Below the pieces are notes generated by a model. That model made no database searches, was not told where the DNA came from, and worked only from the letters and a program-made list of their open reading frames with translations. A program made the position numbers and the translations under genes. 64,000 nt of DNA from positions 1,070,504-1,134,503 of the forward strand of contig NW_015164181.1 in NCBI RefSeq assembly GCF_001447785.1. Reading direction: 5' to 3'. This DNA comes from Gekko japonicus. Lineage: Eukaryota. Shown here in pieces: positions 1-12,445 of the stretch (position 1 is its first letter; the number at the start of each line of letters is the position of its first letter).

Positions 1-1048
1 AAACACTAGCCCAGATGCTTTATGGGATGATGCTTGGAGCGCCTCCTTCCTCTTGCTATGCTCCCTTAGAGCTAGTCCAATCGAAATTTCTGAGAGCAGT
101 GCTCCAAGTTCCTAGGTGCGTCTCCAATGCAATGGTACGGCTAGAGACCGGGATGCTGAAAGTTGAAGCCAAGATTACCTTACACTCTATCTTTTATTGG
201 CTAAAGATTAATTTAAATCCGTGTGGCCTAGTGCCCTTGATTCTGACTGATGCCTTTAAATCCGAATGGCTGATTTCTGTTTATCGGAAAATTTCGCTCT
301 TGGGTTATTCTCCACAAGCGCTTTTGGAGATGGGTGGGGATCGAGCTAAGTTAGCAATTAGGCAGAGGATCATGGACACCGAACGCCAATTGGATCTACA
401 GGCGACTCCTACCTTTATAGCACCAATTAGTAGTAAATTCATCGCAGCACAAGCCCCATATTTAGCCGTGCTGGAGTCACATAAACTTAGGAGGGCATAT
501 ACTTTGGCTAGATGCTCTGCCTTACCCACTGCAGTCCTCGAGGGCAAATTCAAAAAACTTCCCCGAAAAGAGAGGTTATGTATGTGTGCGTCTGGGGAGA
601 TCGAATCCCAGGAACACGTGTTCCTGAGGTGCCCATTATATAACGAGGATCGTACAAAACTAATCGATCCTTTTCTGGCTGGCACTTCAGACCAGGATAA
701 GATAGAAAATTTGTTTGCTAACTTTGAACATAGAGCGCTGCATCAGATTGCAAAATTCTGCCTACTGGTTGTAAAAGCTCACCAGTGTTCTGGTTGTCAC
801 TTGGGTTAGGACTGCTTGTTTTTAATTCTATTGCCATTTTTGCCATTTTTATCATTTTATTTTATTCTTTTAACTGCGTTTTATTGCAGCGTATTCTTAA
901 GCTTGGTTTTAGTGATCAAAACGATTGTACAAATGTTGCCTCTTTTTAACCCTGTTGTATTTTCGGTAGTTTTATCATCCGGTTATTGTAATTTATTTTT
1001 TTAAGGTTTTATATTGCTGGCTATGCGCTGTAACAATAAAATTCATTC
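1..1048 (+). mobile_element. 3' end of a non-LTR retrotransposon (RTE-X-like LINE), ORF2 C-terminus plus 3' UTR
   Basis: Frame open from the window edge to 809 with post-RT motif VQSKFLRAVLQVPRCVSNAMVRLETG and CCHC knuckle RLCMCASGEIESQEHVFLRCPLY; T-rich UTR, AATAAA 1035-1040, (ATTC)n tail. Confidence 0.75.
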
Positions 1049-2559
1049 AGGTGGCCTGTTTTGTCGCACCCACTTCTGCTCCTTAAACGAATGGTGGAAT
1101 CGTAAAGAGCGAAAACTTGGGCCCGCACTCTTTGCAACAATAAAGTTGTCCCTGAGGGAGTCTGTCCGGAGGTGTAGAGAAGAAAGAGCCAGTTGTCAGA
1201 CCTTAAATTCATTCTTACTGAGGAAAGGCAACATCAAGTATTTTAATCAATCACCTTCTACACAGCAACTGCACAGGGGCATTGATTCACATTGGGATTG
1301 CAGCTGGGGGTGCAGATTCCTGCTATGCCGAAATGACACCACAGAACTGCTGTATGCCTGATTGCCCGTGACCTGACCGCATGTTGCCTATATGCTTCTT
1401 CCAATGAGCTAAACCTGTTTTTTAAAAAATAAATAGCAGTGCTGTGGTGCTAGCTTTGGAACACAGACCTGATGTGGAGCTTTGGGTCCTAATTCCTATA
1501 GAACTTGGCCTAGTGTACAGGTTAGAGATCAGCCACAAATCAAGACCACCCAAGAACAGATCCAACACCACATTTTATAATGTACATACAAAGAGTCAGC
1601 AGCCTTTCACAAACCTCAGGCCCTGTTGCCAATATTTCCGGAGGAGTAGCTTGGCCTTGTTAGTCTATTGCATCAAAATAGAAGTCCACCTTAAAAAATA
1701 GCATTTATTCCTAACAGTTCATATTATAACTTTTTACCAAGGAATACCAGGATCACAACACAGAGGCAGGCAATGGAAAACCACCTCTGAACATGTCTTG
1801 CCTTGCAAACCCCATGGGGTCATAAGTCAGCTGTGACTTGATGGCAAAAAAGAAAGAGGGAGGGAATTTGGAATCTTTGACCTTTGTCACCATCCATTAT
1901 GTGTAACAACCTAAACCTGTTCCAGTCCCTTACAGAGAGTCACATCTGAAAGACTCATGATGAGATTCACACTAAACGTCTCCTCAACTCCCCTTCAATA
2001 AGCATTAAACCATAAGCGTGCCAGACTCCGGCACAAGTTGTCCTCAGAATCTGCCTTGTCTCTGATGAACAAAACCAGCTCTTCGGTGCGGTTTCATTTC
2101 AGAAGTATTTTTTTCCTAAAGTAAAAAAAGAAAAATCAAGCAATGTTGCAGGGTGTGAATCTATCAAAAAGTTTATTCCCCTTCTGAAGTTTTCCATTCA
2201 GTCCCTTGTATCAAATACAATTTGAAAAAAAATCTTAGAAATATCATTTTTACACAAAGTACTGATGATCTCATTAACTTGCGGGTTGACAAGAAGGTGC
2301 ATTTGCAGTTATTCTTGGCTCTGTTTAGATAATTCAGTCTGGAACCAGCCAATGCAGCAAAAGCCACCAGAAATATGAGTGTGTCAAGACGAATGTCTTA
2401 CAATAAGAACACTTTTTTGTTCAAATTAAAAAAGTGCTTCATATGCTCAGATCAGAAAAGCCTTCAGAAAGCTTCTGTTCCTTTCATAAGGGTCTCCAGC
2501 ATGGTGCTCTAGCTTAGTCCCTCCCAGAATAATCTGGCTATCAACAGCGCTTTCTCTGT

Positions 2560-2665
2560 TCAGCCTCCAAGGCGCTGACCTTCACCCCAGTCAAAGCCAC
2601 CTGGCCGTTCTTCAGGCAGAGGGTTGTAATTGGGGTCGTCATCTGGTGAATCAAATATTATTTTC
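2560..2665 (-). CDS. DERL2: DERL2 coding exon 7 (terminal; SHP-like p97-binding tail)
   Basis: tag|[34 protein letters not shown] ; candidate AATAAA on minus strand at 2172-2177 and 1704-1709. Confidence 0.96.
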
Positions 2666-5600
2666 CTAGAAAACAAAAATTATTTTAAGACATGGATGCT
2701 CAGAGAGAGAAAACTTTACATTCCTGGATAGCATCTGGTTCATAGAATGTGAGAGCTGGAAGGGACCTTGCAGGTCATCTAGTCCAACCCCCTGCACTCT
2801 GCAGGAGCATAGCCGAAAGATGGCCCTACAACATACCCAAAAGATGGTCGTCCAGCCTCCGCTTGAAAACGTCCAGCAAATGAAGCATCCACCACCTCCC
2901 GAGGCAGACTGTTCTACTGCTCAACCACTCTTACAGTTAGGAAGTTACTCCTGATATTTAGCCGGTAATGACTCCCTTGTAATTTCCACCCATGGTTTTA
3001 CAAGGGATTTCTTTGCTCATCTCATTTTTCTGTCTAATTAAAGGCTTTTAATCCCTTTCTAGAAATTTTTTAAATGCTGCTTTTATGCAGTACCCAATAC
3101 AGTGCGGGCCATTAGATAAATTTCTTTCCACAAGAAGACCTCTAAAGCTTGGCTAGTTTTGCTTTTCCTTCTAGGTCACTTCTCTTAGTAATCCCCCTCC
3201 CATTTTTTTGCATTCTTTCTAGTATGTATCACACTGTTATTTATTACAGTGACTGTATGTGTTATATTGCTTTAATTGCATTGCCTTCTCTTTCTGTAAT
3301 CCAGACTATAAAGGAAGGAAATAATAAAGGGTTGCCACGCAGGAAGACACTTACAGAATAGATGGTGTTTTGAGCAGCCTTCCTCCACCAGGCTGATTGG
3401 GGAAAACATCTTCTAAGAAGAAGTATATATGGCCTACAGCAATACCTAAAGTCAAGGGGGAGAAGAAATGAGACCTTTATAAGATTCGGCCTTTGTGAAA
3501 CACAGCTGCTGTAATTGCTACCCAAAGCAATGCCTTGGATGCAAAAAAAAAGGAAAGAAAATAGCAGTTAGTGGTGCTCTACAAATGTGTGCAATAATCC
3601 AGACAAAGCTACGATAGCTGCTGTACCAGTCATCACGCTCCCACAATGGGTCACATGGGATGAAGAACATCTTTGGATTTTGTTTCATTTCATACTAGGA
3701 ATCAGGCCTGTTGTAACAATAAATATGAGCGCTAGCTTGGCCACCCGGCTGCGGCCCCCCGTCTCCTTCCCGCCCCCCCCCCGCCCGGCCACTCGAGTTC
3801 CCANNNNNNNNNNNNNNNNNNNNNNNNNNNNNNNNNNNNNNNNNNNNNNNNNNNNNNNNNNNNNNNNNNNNNNNNNNNNNNNNNNNNNNNNNNNNNNNNN
3901 NNNNNNNNNNNNNNNNNNNNNNNNNNNNNNNNNNNNCCCCCCCCGTTCGAGGGCCTGGCGGGCCAAGCCGCCCAGCCTCGTCCCTCTCTCCACCACCCGT
4001 TCAAGGCGCCACCTAGCCTTGTTTCTCCTCCCACCGCCCATTCAAGGCAGGCCACCCGCTGGGGCCTGGTCCTCCACACTGGCCATTGATTGGGGGGGAG
4101 CAGCCACAGAAGCACCGCAGAGACGGGCGAGGTGCTGGGGAGGCGCAGTGCTGCTTTGGGCTGGAGGAAGACAGGAGGTGTGTTCAGCAGAGCGAAGGCA
4201 CTGTGTTCTGAGGCACATTTGGGCAGGCACCGCCTCTGTAGGTGGGAGTCAGAGAACGCAGCCAGTGGCCACGGTCCCCGTTGTGGCAGTTCTTGCAGCC
4301 AAGGGATTAGGGAGCGCATCGAATGTGGCCACCCCAAAACAGCTTTATTATATAGAGATATGTTAGCAATGTTTAATGTGTTGCCATCAGCAGTATTATA
4401 TGGGAGATTCCAAAAAAATCCCATTCGACAGTAGATTGTGTTCCTGCACTGAGATAGAAACTCTTGAACGTGTGTTTCTTTCAGGCCCTTTCTACTCGGA
4501 CCTGCGCCTTCCATTCATCGAGCCGTGGCTGAGAAAATATTCAGGGAAACCTGATAAATGTAAGATTTACTTTTTGCTGACAACCCAAAATCACATAATA
4601 ATTGAAAGTGTTGCAAAATTTCTGTATGAAGCTTCAAGGAGGCATTCAGTATTCCTTGCAAATTGAGTCTTATGATCTGTATGTTATGCCAATAAAGGTT
4701 GTTTCATTTCTCTCCCTTGATGCTGTCGCACAACGACCCTCCTGTGAATTTAGCAGGGCGCTTTTTACGACAAACTAATCCAGGCTTGGAAATCGCCACT
4801 TGCCCATCTTGTGAGTCAATAGGGTACAAGTGGTCAGAGTGTATCTGGGAGACCAGGGCTCGAATTATACTTGGCCATGGAAGCTGGCCGGGTGACACAC
4901 ACTCAGCTGAACCTACCTCATACGGTTGTTGTGAGGATAAAATGGCAGTGAGAACGATGTAAGCCTCTTTTGGGAGAAAGGTCGGGTATAACTGGAGTAA
5001 ATAAAATAAATTTTAAAAGCAAAAGAACTCTGGAGGGCTCAAGAATGCTGAGACGATCATCATTGGCTTACCCAGGAGATCCACGATAATCGAGTTGCCC
5101 AATAACAGTGAAAACCCCATGAGAATCCAAGGAAGAAACGGGGCCTGGAAGATGAGGAGCCCAAAGAAATTCATGCGGACAAAAGGGTTCCGGCGGCTCC
5201 AGACGTACACCAGCATAATTGTGAACGCCTGCCCTAAGAAAACCAAGTTGACAAACAAGCCAAATATCTGGCAGAGAAGCTGTCAAAGAAAAAGCGCGTA
5301 GCAAGGTCTTGGCAGTGAGGAAAGAACGGGTCCTGCCTCAGATGCTCTCTCTGTATTTATTAAAAGTATTTCCATCTGTGGGGATCCATACAGCTAACGA
5401 AGTGTAACAACAGGAAGGAACAAAAATTATCCTGGTGCTCTTGAGAGCACTGAGAAAGCCCCACTGCACTTTCTGAATTACCCAGAAAGATACAAGCCAA
5501 CTAACAAGATTTTTATTATCCTAGAGTAACCCTCTTCTATTTCCTCTACATTGTCACAAAACCCTAACCTAAATGTCTATGGCTCGAGTCATATAAAGCC

Positions 5601-8600
5601 ACAGTTTGTGCTAACCCATTTTTTAAAACTGAATTATGGTTGGCGTTTCTGAAGAAATGAAGCAGCGAATTATGGTTTAGAGCCGCTTGTCTGCTGTCAT
5701 TGTTCATTCTCAAAACCCTTACCATTTTAACTCAGAAGGGGATGTTCTTAAATCCAGCTTAACATTTTGGTACTTATGGTAGACCTAGTGAAGTTCTGAA
5801 AACACCGGTCACATAGAACAGACCCAAAGGGCTTCTTCATGCAGCACGTAGTGAGTTTAGGGAATCCATCAGTGCAAGCTGTGGCGTCTGCCAATGGCTT
5901 CCAAAGGGAGCTGGACAAATTCAAGGCCTGTCAGTAGCTATCAACCTCGATAGTGAAATGGAATCTCAAGGTCTGGCAGTATGTCAGTGAGGAGCAATTG
6001 ATGGGGGGGGGGGGCTGTTGCTTCCATGCTGTGCTTGAGGCTTCCCAGAGACATCTATTTGGCTACAATGAAAAAACGGGGGAACACATGAAGCTGTCTT
6101 CTACTGAGTCAGACCCCCGCTCTGTCTTCAGTATTGTTTACTCTGACTGGCAGTCGCTTTCCAGAAGTCTTTCACATCACGTACTGTCCGAGCCTCTTAG
6201 CTGGAGGTAACAGGGACAGAACCTGGGAACTTCTTCACACCAAGCAGATGCCCTATTCCAGAGTCATGGACCCACCCCTAAGATTAACCAAGATACCAGT
6301 CACATTGCTGGTCTGATCTACGAGGGTTCTTGTGTCCCATATTTATAACTTTCTGACTTCAGAAGTTCTACCTTCTGAAAAGTCTTTCCATATAAGCATT
6401 TCTGCAAAGGAACCGCGCTGTGTTGCATCTGATTCTGAGACAAGGAGCAGACCTAGCGGGGGTTGCTGTGGCCTGGCGTCAGCTGAAAAGAGAACCTAAA
6501 GAACTACCAGAACTCTCCTGCATCTGCATGTTGTGGCGAGCGATCAATAAATGGTGGTCAAGTGGTTTTAGGGGGGAATCTTGTCCATTATGACTGAAGT
6601 TCCCCATAAGGAACCCTGATTTCTCCAGACACTCCTGTGGTGCTTCTTAGCTTTCAGCTAAAACAGGAAAAGGATACAGTCATTAACAGGCCACCGAAAA
6701 AGAACATAAATACGAAATCGGCTGTCCGGCCCCGGAACGATCCTTCTTCCAGCATTCGACAGTAACGGTATCTGAGGTTTAAAGGTCAGGAAAATTCTCA
6801 ATGCCAGATAAACACAGAAACTGCATATTGGATCTTAAGGATTTTTTTAAAAAACAAGGTTTTACATATCGGGGGGGGGGGGGATGTTTCATATGACTGT
6901 TAAGCCAGCAAGTGGAGGTACCTCTGAACACATTTCAGTGGCTACAGTGTGTTATTATTCAACAGAAAAGTAGACAGATGAGACTCTAGAGTCTCCACTC
7001 CGGGTTTTTAAAGCATATTTTCTCTGGATTCTGATTCCTGTTTATGACTTTATGATAAGCTTCACTTTCTTACAAAGTGGGCAATCTAAGAACTGAAAGA
7101 AGAGGGGACCATGTGAGGCTCATTCACTGCCACAGGAGGTGGTGCCGGCTACAAGCATGGATGGCTTCAAGAGGGAATTAAATAAACATATGGAGCAGAG
7201 GTCCATCAGTGGCTATTAGCCACAAAGTATAGATAGGAACTCTCAGTCTGGGGCAAGTGATGCTCTGTATTCTTGGTGCTTGGGGGGGGGCAACAGCGGG
7301 AGGGCTTCTAGTGTCCTGGTCCCACTGCTAGACCTCCTGATGGCACCTGATGTTTTTGGCCACTTTGTGACAGAGTGTTGGACTGGATCGGCCTGATCCA
7401 ACATTGGCTTCTTTTATGTTCTTAAGAGATAGTGTTGTGCCAGTGTAGGATCTGGGAGACCCAGGTTTGAATGCCCACTCTGCCATGGAAGCTCGCTGGG
7501 TGACTTTGGGCCAGTCACACACTCAGACTAGCCTTACCTCACAGGGTTGTTGTGAATATCAAATAGAGGAAAGGAGGACGAGATTTAAACCAAGAAAAAA
7601 AGATACAAAAATATCATATTAAATAAAAAATTAAATCCAACTGGTCCAAAGAAAAGGAAGTTGGTGATCAGTCTCCATACCTGGAAGACAAAATGGGTGG
7701 TAGAAGTTAAAATGTGATTATTGTTAAGCTCACAGCTAGAAGGGAAAAAAATCACTTTAAACAAACATCACGTCATATTTAAAAGGGCATTTTTTCTTCT
7801 TCTCCCGACAGCATGGCAAACTCTCCTCTTGACTTCTCAAGAGATCTGGAAGCAGCGGTGTACAGGGAGAAAAATCTTTCTTATAGTTACAGTTGATCTT
7901 GGTCTGGTAAGCCCACACTCTGCTTTTAGACATCCCTTTGATATCACCTTCCCATCTTTGAGCATGCCCATTTCTTTAAACAGGTGTGATACAATTGATG
8001 GAAAGTGCCACTGAGCATGCACGTAAGTGTTTTCTTTCTGAGAGAGCCACAGTGAATCCCCCCCCATTTAAAAAGTAGGGTTTCTTCTAAGGTAGACGCT
8101 AAGGCTTGCACACATACCTAAAAACTAGCACCTCTCTTTTCAGTCATTAAATGCAGTCCAGTGTGATGCAGTGGTTAAGAGTGTGGGGCTAGGAACTGGG
8201 AGACCCAGGTTTGAATCTCCATGTTGCCACTGAAGCTCGCTGGCTGACCTTGGGCCAGTCACTTTCTCTTGGCCTAAACCACCTCACAGGGAAGTTGGGA
8301 GGATAAAATGGAGGAGGAAACAACAATATTATGTTTAGGGTTCTCACTGGGGAAGAAATGCAGGGTATCAATAGTTGAAGAAATATCCACTACCTTTGAC
8401 AGCATGCTAAGAACAATGCCTGCTATTTTTCAGCGCGGGCATTGGCCCGACTGATCAGGCTGCAGATTTTAAGTTTTTTGATACCTATTAATACAAGTTC
8501 TTGCTTGAGAACTGCAGAGGGCAAACTTACAAGAAGCAGTCCGTCCTGTCCAAGGAAAGGGGAATGCTACTTCTAACAGGATGCTTGCTGCAACACACGC

Positions 8601-11600
8601 ATGCATCCCCTAAAAAGAAAACCGTCTACCACACAGTCCTAAGCAGAGCTACACCCTTCTAAGTCCACTGAAATCAATGGGCTTTGAGCAGTGTAAGTCT
8701 GTTTAGGATTGCACTGTCTTTGGGCCCCTGCTAATTTAAACAAATTTAAAGAAATTAATATTTCTTTAACTGGGCAGCAGCTCTACTTTTTATTATTATT
8801 TTGACTTTTACCCCGCCCTCCCCGCCAAAGTAGGCTCAGGGCGGCTGAGATGTACGAGGTAGAGCAATACACCTGTACCACCAAACTTGATGCTAGGTCT
8901 CCAGACCTGACTGCATTTGATCACTCCCATCATTGCTTGCAAGATACTGTAGTCCCACATCATACCATATAGTCAACGGCACAGTATAAAAGGCCGTGAC
9001 AGTTTTAACAAAACAACACCAGATTTTCATACCGAAGCAATTATTTCTCCAGTTCTCCAACTTTTTCACCACTGAAAATACTTATTACATTTCGGTTATC
9101 TGATTGGCACACAGTTTGAGCTAATCCTGGTGTTACTTTTTTCACCATTGTGGAATTTGGAAAGCAAGGAAGAGACCTGCCCAGAGACTGGGATGGTAGA
9201 ACTGCCATTTGTGTATGTCAGACCTGCCTTTGGCTCTCCCCTGAACCAGTTGGGTGCTAGTTAGATGTGCGCAATTGCTCTGTTGGCTTTCTGGTTTATT
9301 TCTATCTGAAGAGAACAGCAGAACAGACTCACACCCGATCCACCCTTTAGCTCACTTCACTATAGTAAAATGCCATCAGGTTACATGACACTTCTGCTAG
9401 AACAGGGGTGGCCAAACTGTGGCTCGGGAGGGCGGCTGGGCAACCTAAATATCATTAGCAAACAAATATCATTGGACAAATAAATATCATGATCAATATC
9501 TGCTTTTATCACTTTTGTTATTATTTTTGGCAGTCTCGTTTAATGTTAATCAAAAGCAAATTTGCATATTTACCAGTAAAAACATGTAATATTTGTTCAT
9601 GTCTTGCGGCTCTCAAACATCTGTTGTTTATTCTATGTGGCTCTTACATCAAGCAAATTTGGCCACCCTTGTGCTAGAAGCAACTTGTGATTTTTTAATT
9701 TCATTATGCTACTCATACTCTGCCTTTCTTACTGGGACTCGAGGTGGACTACACAAACCGAACCAATACAATCAACAGGACTGGGAGATTCAATAAACAA
9801 TGGAATAGGAATTGGTAGCAGAACCAACCAGAAATCTAAAAAAACAGAACTGAAGCAAAGCATAAGTGCTGAGACGACACATTAAATGATGCAAAATTAC
9901 ACAGTAGAATCCAACTCACAGCAAACTATATAAAGGCCCCGGTCATACGGGCCGGATATCGCCGGGGGGGGGGGGGGGGGTGTGAGTTGATGTTACNNNN
10001 NNNNNNNNNNNNNNNNNNNNNNNNNNNNNNNNNNNNNNNNNNNNNNNNNNNNNNNNNNNNNNNNNNNNNNNNNNNNNNGGAGAGGAATGCCGTGCGCCGG
10101 CGCAATCACACCACGGGAGTCTGGAGGCAGCCCGTGGCAAACGTTTACTAGTACTTTGGAGGTACTACTTTTTTAACGTGCATTTTCGGCGGTAAGCCAT
10201 GGGTGCGCTCCACTTCCCAGATGTTGGGGTGTGATCGTGCCCGGATAATCCGCCCACCATTCGTGCCTCTCCCGCGGCAACTTTGCCGTGTGACCGGGGC
10301 CACAGTAGTGTACGGCACTGTGCCTACTAATCTGCCCAAGTAACTTTGTGAATCATTTTGTACAGTGCTACCCTATTGTCTGCACAGAAAAACCTTTTTG
10401 AATAATTTGGTTTTGCATAGTTTGCAGAGAGCCAGGAGAGTGGAAGTCAGTTTGACATTCTCAGGCCGAGGGCCACAATGGTGCAGGCACATGTTTTCCC
10501 CATATGCAGGTTGGCACCTGCCGAAGGCCCTGCTCAGATGAACGAGCAGAGCACAGGGGGAGAAACAGTCTCACAGATATGAGGGTCCGAGGCCATGAAG
10601 GCATGGATCCAGGTGGCCAGATCAGCTGAATCAAGGTAAGTGGCCATTTTTTGAGCCCAGTTGAGTGGGAAGAAAGCCTTTTTTGCAACTGCATTTAACT
10701 TGCTTCTCCAGCCATGTTGGGTCCAGTATAACCCCTCTTAACTGAGTCAGTAATGGTTAGCAGGACCCCACTGAAAGTGGAAAGCATAATGTCCTTCAAG
10801 ACCTCCACCTTCCCAACCAGTATTACTTCTGTCTTTCCAGTATTTGGTTTCAGTTTGTTCACTCTTAGCCATTTAAACAACAGCAGCCAGCCAGTGATTC
10901 AGGACCGCCACTGCATCACCAGGCGATCTGGATAAAGATATACATAGCTGCATATTGATGAGAGCTATCCCCACTGAGGTAACAAATCACAACGTGTGGC
11001 ATATACAGCACTCCTGCTGAGCTCACGTCTGCCCCCCACCCGCAACCACACCATCGCCAGCAATCCCAAAGCACCTCCCGACTAGAGAGCTACTTTTTTG
11101 TTCCCACCTGCTGAAAACAGAAGACCTTCTGTTGAGCAAGTCAAGTTTAAACAACACTCTTTAAGAAGCAACAACTTACCAAAAAGAGAGACAGGCACTT
11201 ACTTGATAGTGTTTAAATATTAATTCTGGATTGAAGTATAGCTGAAACGGTGTGATTAATTCCAATTGCTGAAAGAGATGAGCATACAAAACGAAGTCAA
11301 GTCTTGGCAGCGTACCGATGCTCAACTTTTGAGCGCACACCTGAACAAAAATTCTGCGTTGTGAGTTACTGGCATTAAAGTTGTGAGCGAGCGATTTGGC
11401 TACTGCATAAATTAGTTTCCTCCGAAGCCATCCTTCCTGAGCTAAGACAAAAATCTGTGAGCAGAAAGGACTGTACTATGCAAACTAGCTCAACCCAAGG
11501 GTCACCCTGGTGAAAGGCACATACATGGGCACATGCAAATAACAGAATTGGACGGGAACCCCCAGGGTCGTCTAGTCCAATCCCCTGCACAATGCAGGTA

Positions 11601-11914
11601 ATTCGCAACTACCTCCACCCACACACATCCCCAGTGACCCCTGCTCCATGTCCAGAAGGTGGCATACAACCCCCTCCCCACCACCTTTCAGGATCCCTGC
11701 CCAACCTGGCCTGGAGAAAATTACTTCCTGACCCCAAAGTGGCAATTGGCATTTCCCTGTGCGATTAGCCTCTCTCCCTAACAAGGGGCCAGAAACTAGA
11801 CCCCTTTCCTTCCCCACTCACCACGGCGGCGGTGGTGAGGACACAGGCGGTAGTATAGGCCCGGGTGACAACAGGCATATGAAGGTACTCCTGGCGGAAG
11901 GTCCGGTACGCCAT
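2560..11914 (-). CDS. DERL2: Derlin-2 (ERAD rhomboid pseudoprotease), complete spliced CDS, 239 aa
   Basis: Exons 11914-11822, 11268-11203, 7680-7607, 6771-6678, 5267-5072, 3445-3355, 2665-2560 sum to 720 nt. Translation [49 protein letters not shown]...[18 protein letters not shown] matches vertebrate DERL2; all junctions GT-AG. Confidence 0.97.
2741..2995 (-). mobile_element. CR1 LINE 3' end (ATTCTATG-tail type); related fragments near 11545-11760 (-), 28457-28535 (+), 54760-54862 (+)
   Basis: catagaat...agctggaagggacc...gtcatctagtccaacccc is the reverse complement of the CR1 3' terminus. Confidence 0.7.
3355..3445 (-). CDS. DERL2: DERL2 coding exon 6
   Basis: tag|(G)[29 protein letters not shown](L)|gtaagt. 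Confidence 0.96.
3804..3936. other. Assembly gap (N run); further gaps at 9997-10078, 26028-26109, 49997-50105
   Basis: Runs of n, mostly next to poly-G/C or GC-rich repeat sequence. Confidence 0.99.
4335..4710 (+). mobile_element. Decayed RTE-X-like LINE 3' fragment
   Basis: Frameshifted [14 protein letters not shown] / [25 protein letters not shown], homologous to the 15..809 ORF; ends AATAAAGG. Confidence 0.65.
5072..5267 (-). CDS. DERL2: DERL2 coding exon 5
   Basis: cag|[65 protein letters not shown]|gtaagc (ORF 5013..5258). Confidence 0.97.
6678..6771 (-). CDS. DERL2: DERL2 coding exon 4
   Basis: cag|[31 protein letters not shown]|gtatcc. Confidence 0.96.
7120..7425 (+). mobile_element. 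CR1 LINE 3' end (TTCTTATG-tail type); sister copies 55353-55797, 59215-59672 (+), about 52000-52185 and 21355-21600 (-)
   Basis: Shared ...gttggactggat...gcctgatccaacattggcttct..tatgttctta terminus and cactgccacaggaggtgg..gctacaagcat motif. Confidence 0.75.
7607..7680 (-). CDS. DERL2: DERL2 coding exon 3
   Basis: cag|[24 protein letters not shown](L)|gtatct; contains the WR motif. Confidence 0.96.
9403..9671. mobile_element. Non-autonomous hAT (Charlie-type) DNA transposon
   Basis: TIRs CAGGGGTGGCCAAA / TTTGGCCACCCTTG; perfect 8-bp TSD TGCTAGAA. Confidence 0.85.
9935..10301. mobile_element. CpG-rich MITE (PIF/Harbinger-like) spanning an assembly gap
   Basis: 16-bp TIRs GGCCCCGGTCATACGG / CCGTGTGACCGGGGCC (1 mismatch). 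Confidence 0.65.
10360..10960 (-). mobile_element. Decayed L2 LINE RT fragment
   Basis: Minus-strand [20 protein letters not shown] motif typical of L2 RT. Confidence 0.65.
11203..11268 (-). CDS. DERL2: DERL2 coding exon 2
   Basis: cag|[22 protein letters not shown]|gtaagt. Confidence 0.96.
11822..11914 (-). CDS. DERL2: DERL2 coding exon 1
   Basis: [31 protein letters not shown] then gtgagt donor. Confidence 0.96.
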
Positions 11915-12445
11915 CCTGGCGCCGTCGCCGAGGCTATTCTCCCACCTTATGACGCCACCGCGGCGTCGACCAATACGAAAACCATCTAGTGGCCGGACGG
12001 GCAGCCAACAACGGCACTCCCCCCTGTCGCGTCACGCCTCCACGCAGCCAGTCAGCGCCGTCCGCCCTTTCCCTCCTCGCTTTCGCCTCCTTTCCGCTCT
12101 AGAAACATAGAGGTGGGGAAAGAGGCTAGACCCATAAAGCGCCGGCTGCCTTCCTAAGCAGGCATCACCATAGTGATGCGATTGCCAGAGCGACCTCGTC
12201 GTAGCGGCTTGGCTGCTAGTGGAGGATTTCCCCTCCCAGCCGGAAGTTCGGAGGCTGACAGTCTCTCTAGTTTTCTCCAAGCGCTCTCTGTGATTCCGAA
12301 AAGGGGAGGGGCGGAAGGGGAGGGTCTGGCTCTTCGGAGCGAATGAGGAACGGTTTGAATATGGCGGGAAAGGGGAGAACTCAGTTGGGCGGCGGTTGAG
12401 CTCCGGGGCCTTCTACTCGGGGGAGAGAGGCCAGGTCTGAGGTAA
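11915..12445. promoter_or_regulatory. Bidirectional CpG-island promoter DERL2/MIS12, including probable non-coding MIS12 exon 1
   Basis: CpG-rich; ETS CCGGAAGT 12240-12247; GC box near 12308; CHR TTTGAA 12354-12359 next to E2F-type GGCGGGAAA 12363-12371; candidate donor GAG|gtaaaa at 12442. Confidence 0.75.

Noticed and set aside
3587-4514. Long 259/260-aa ORFs
   Set aside because: They span an N gap and GC-rich repeat sequence; no recognisable protein.
11915-12250. ER-stress elements (ERSE/UPRE) expected for DERL2
   Set aside because: CCAAT (11970) and CCACG (about 12040) occur but not in CCAAT-N9-CCACG or ATTGG-N-CCACG spacing; no TGACGTGG.
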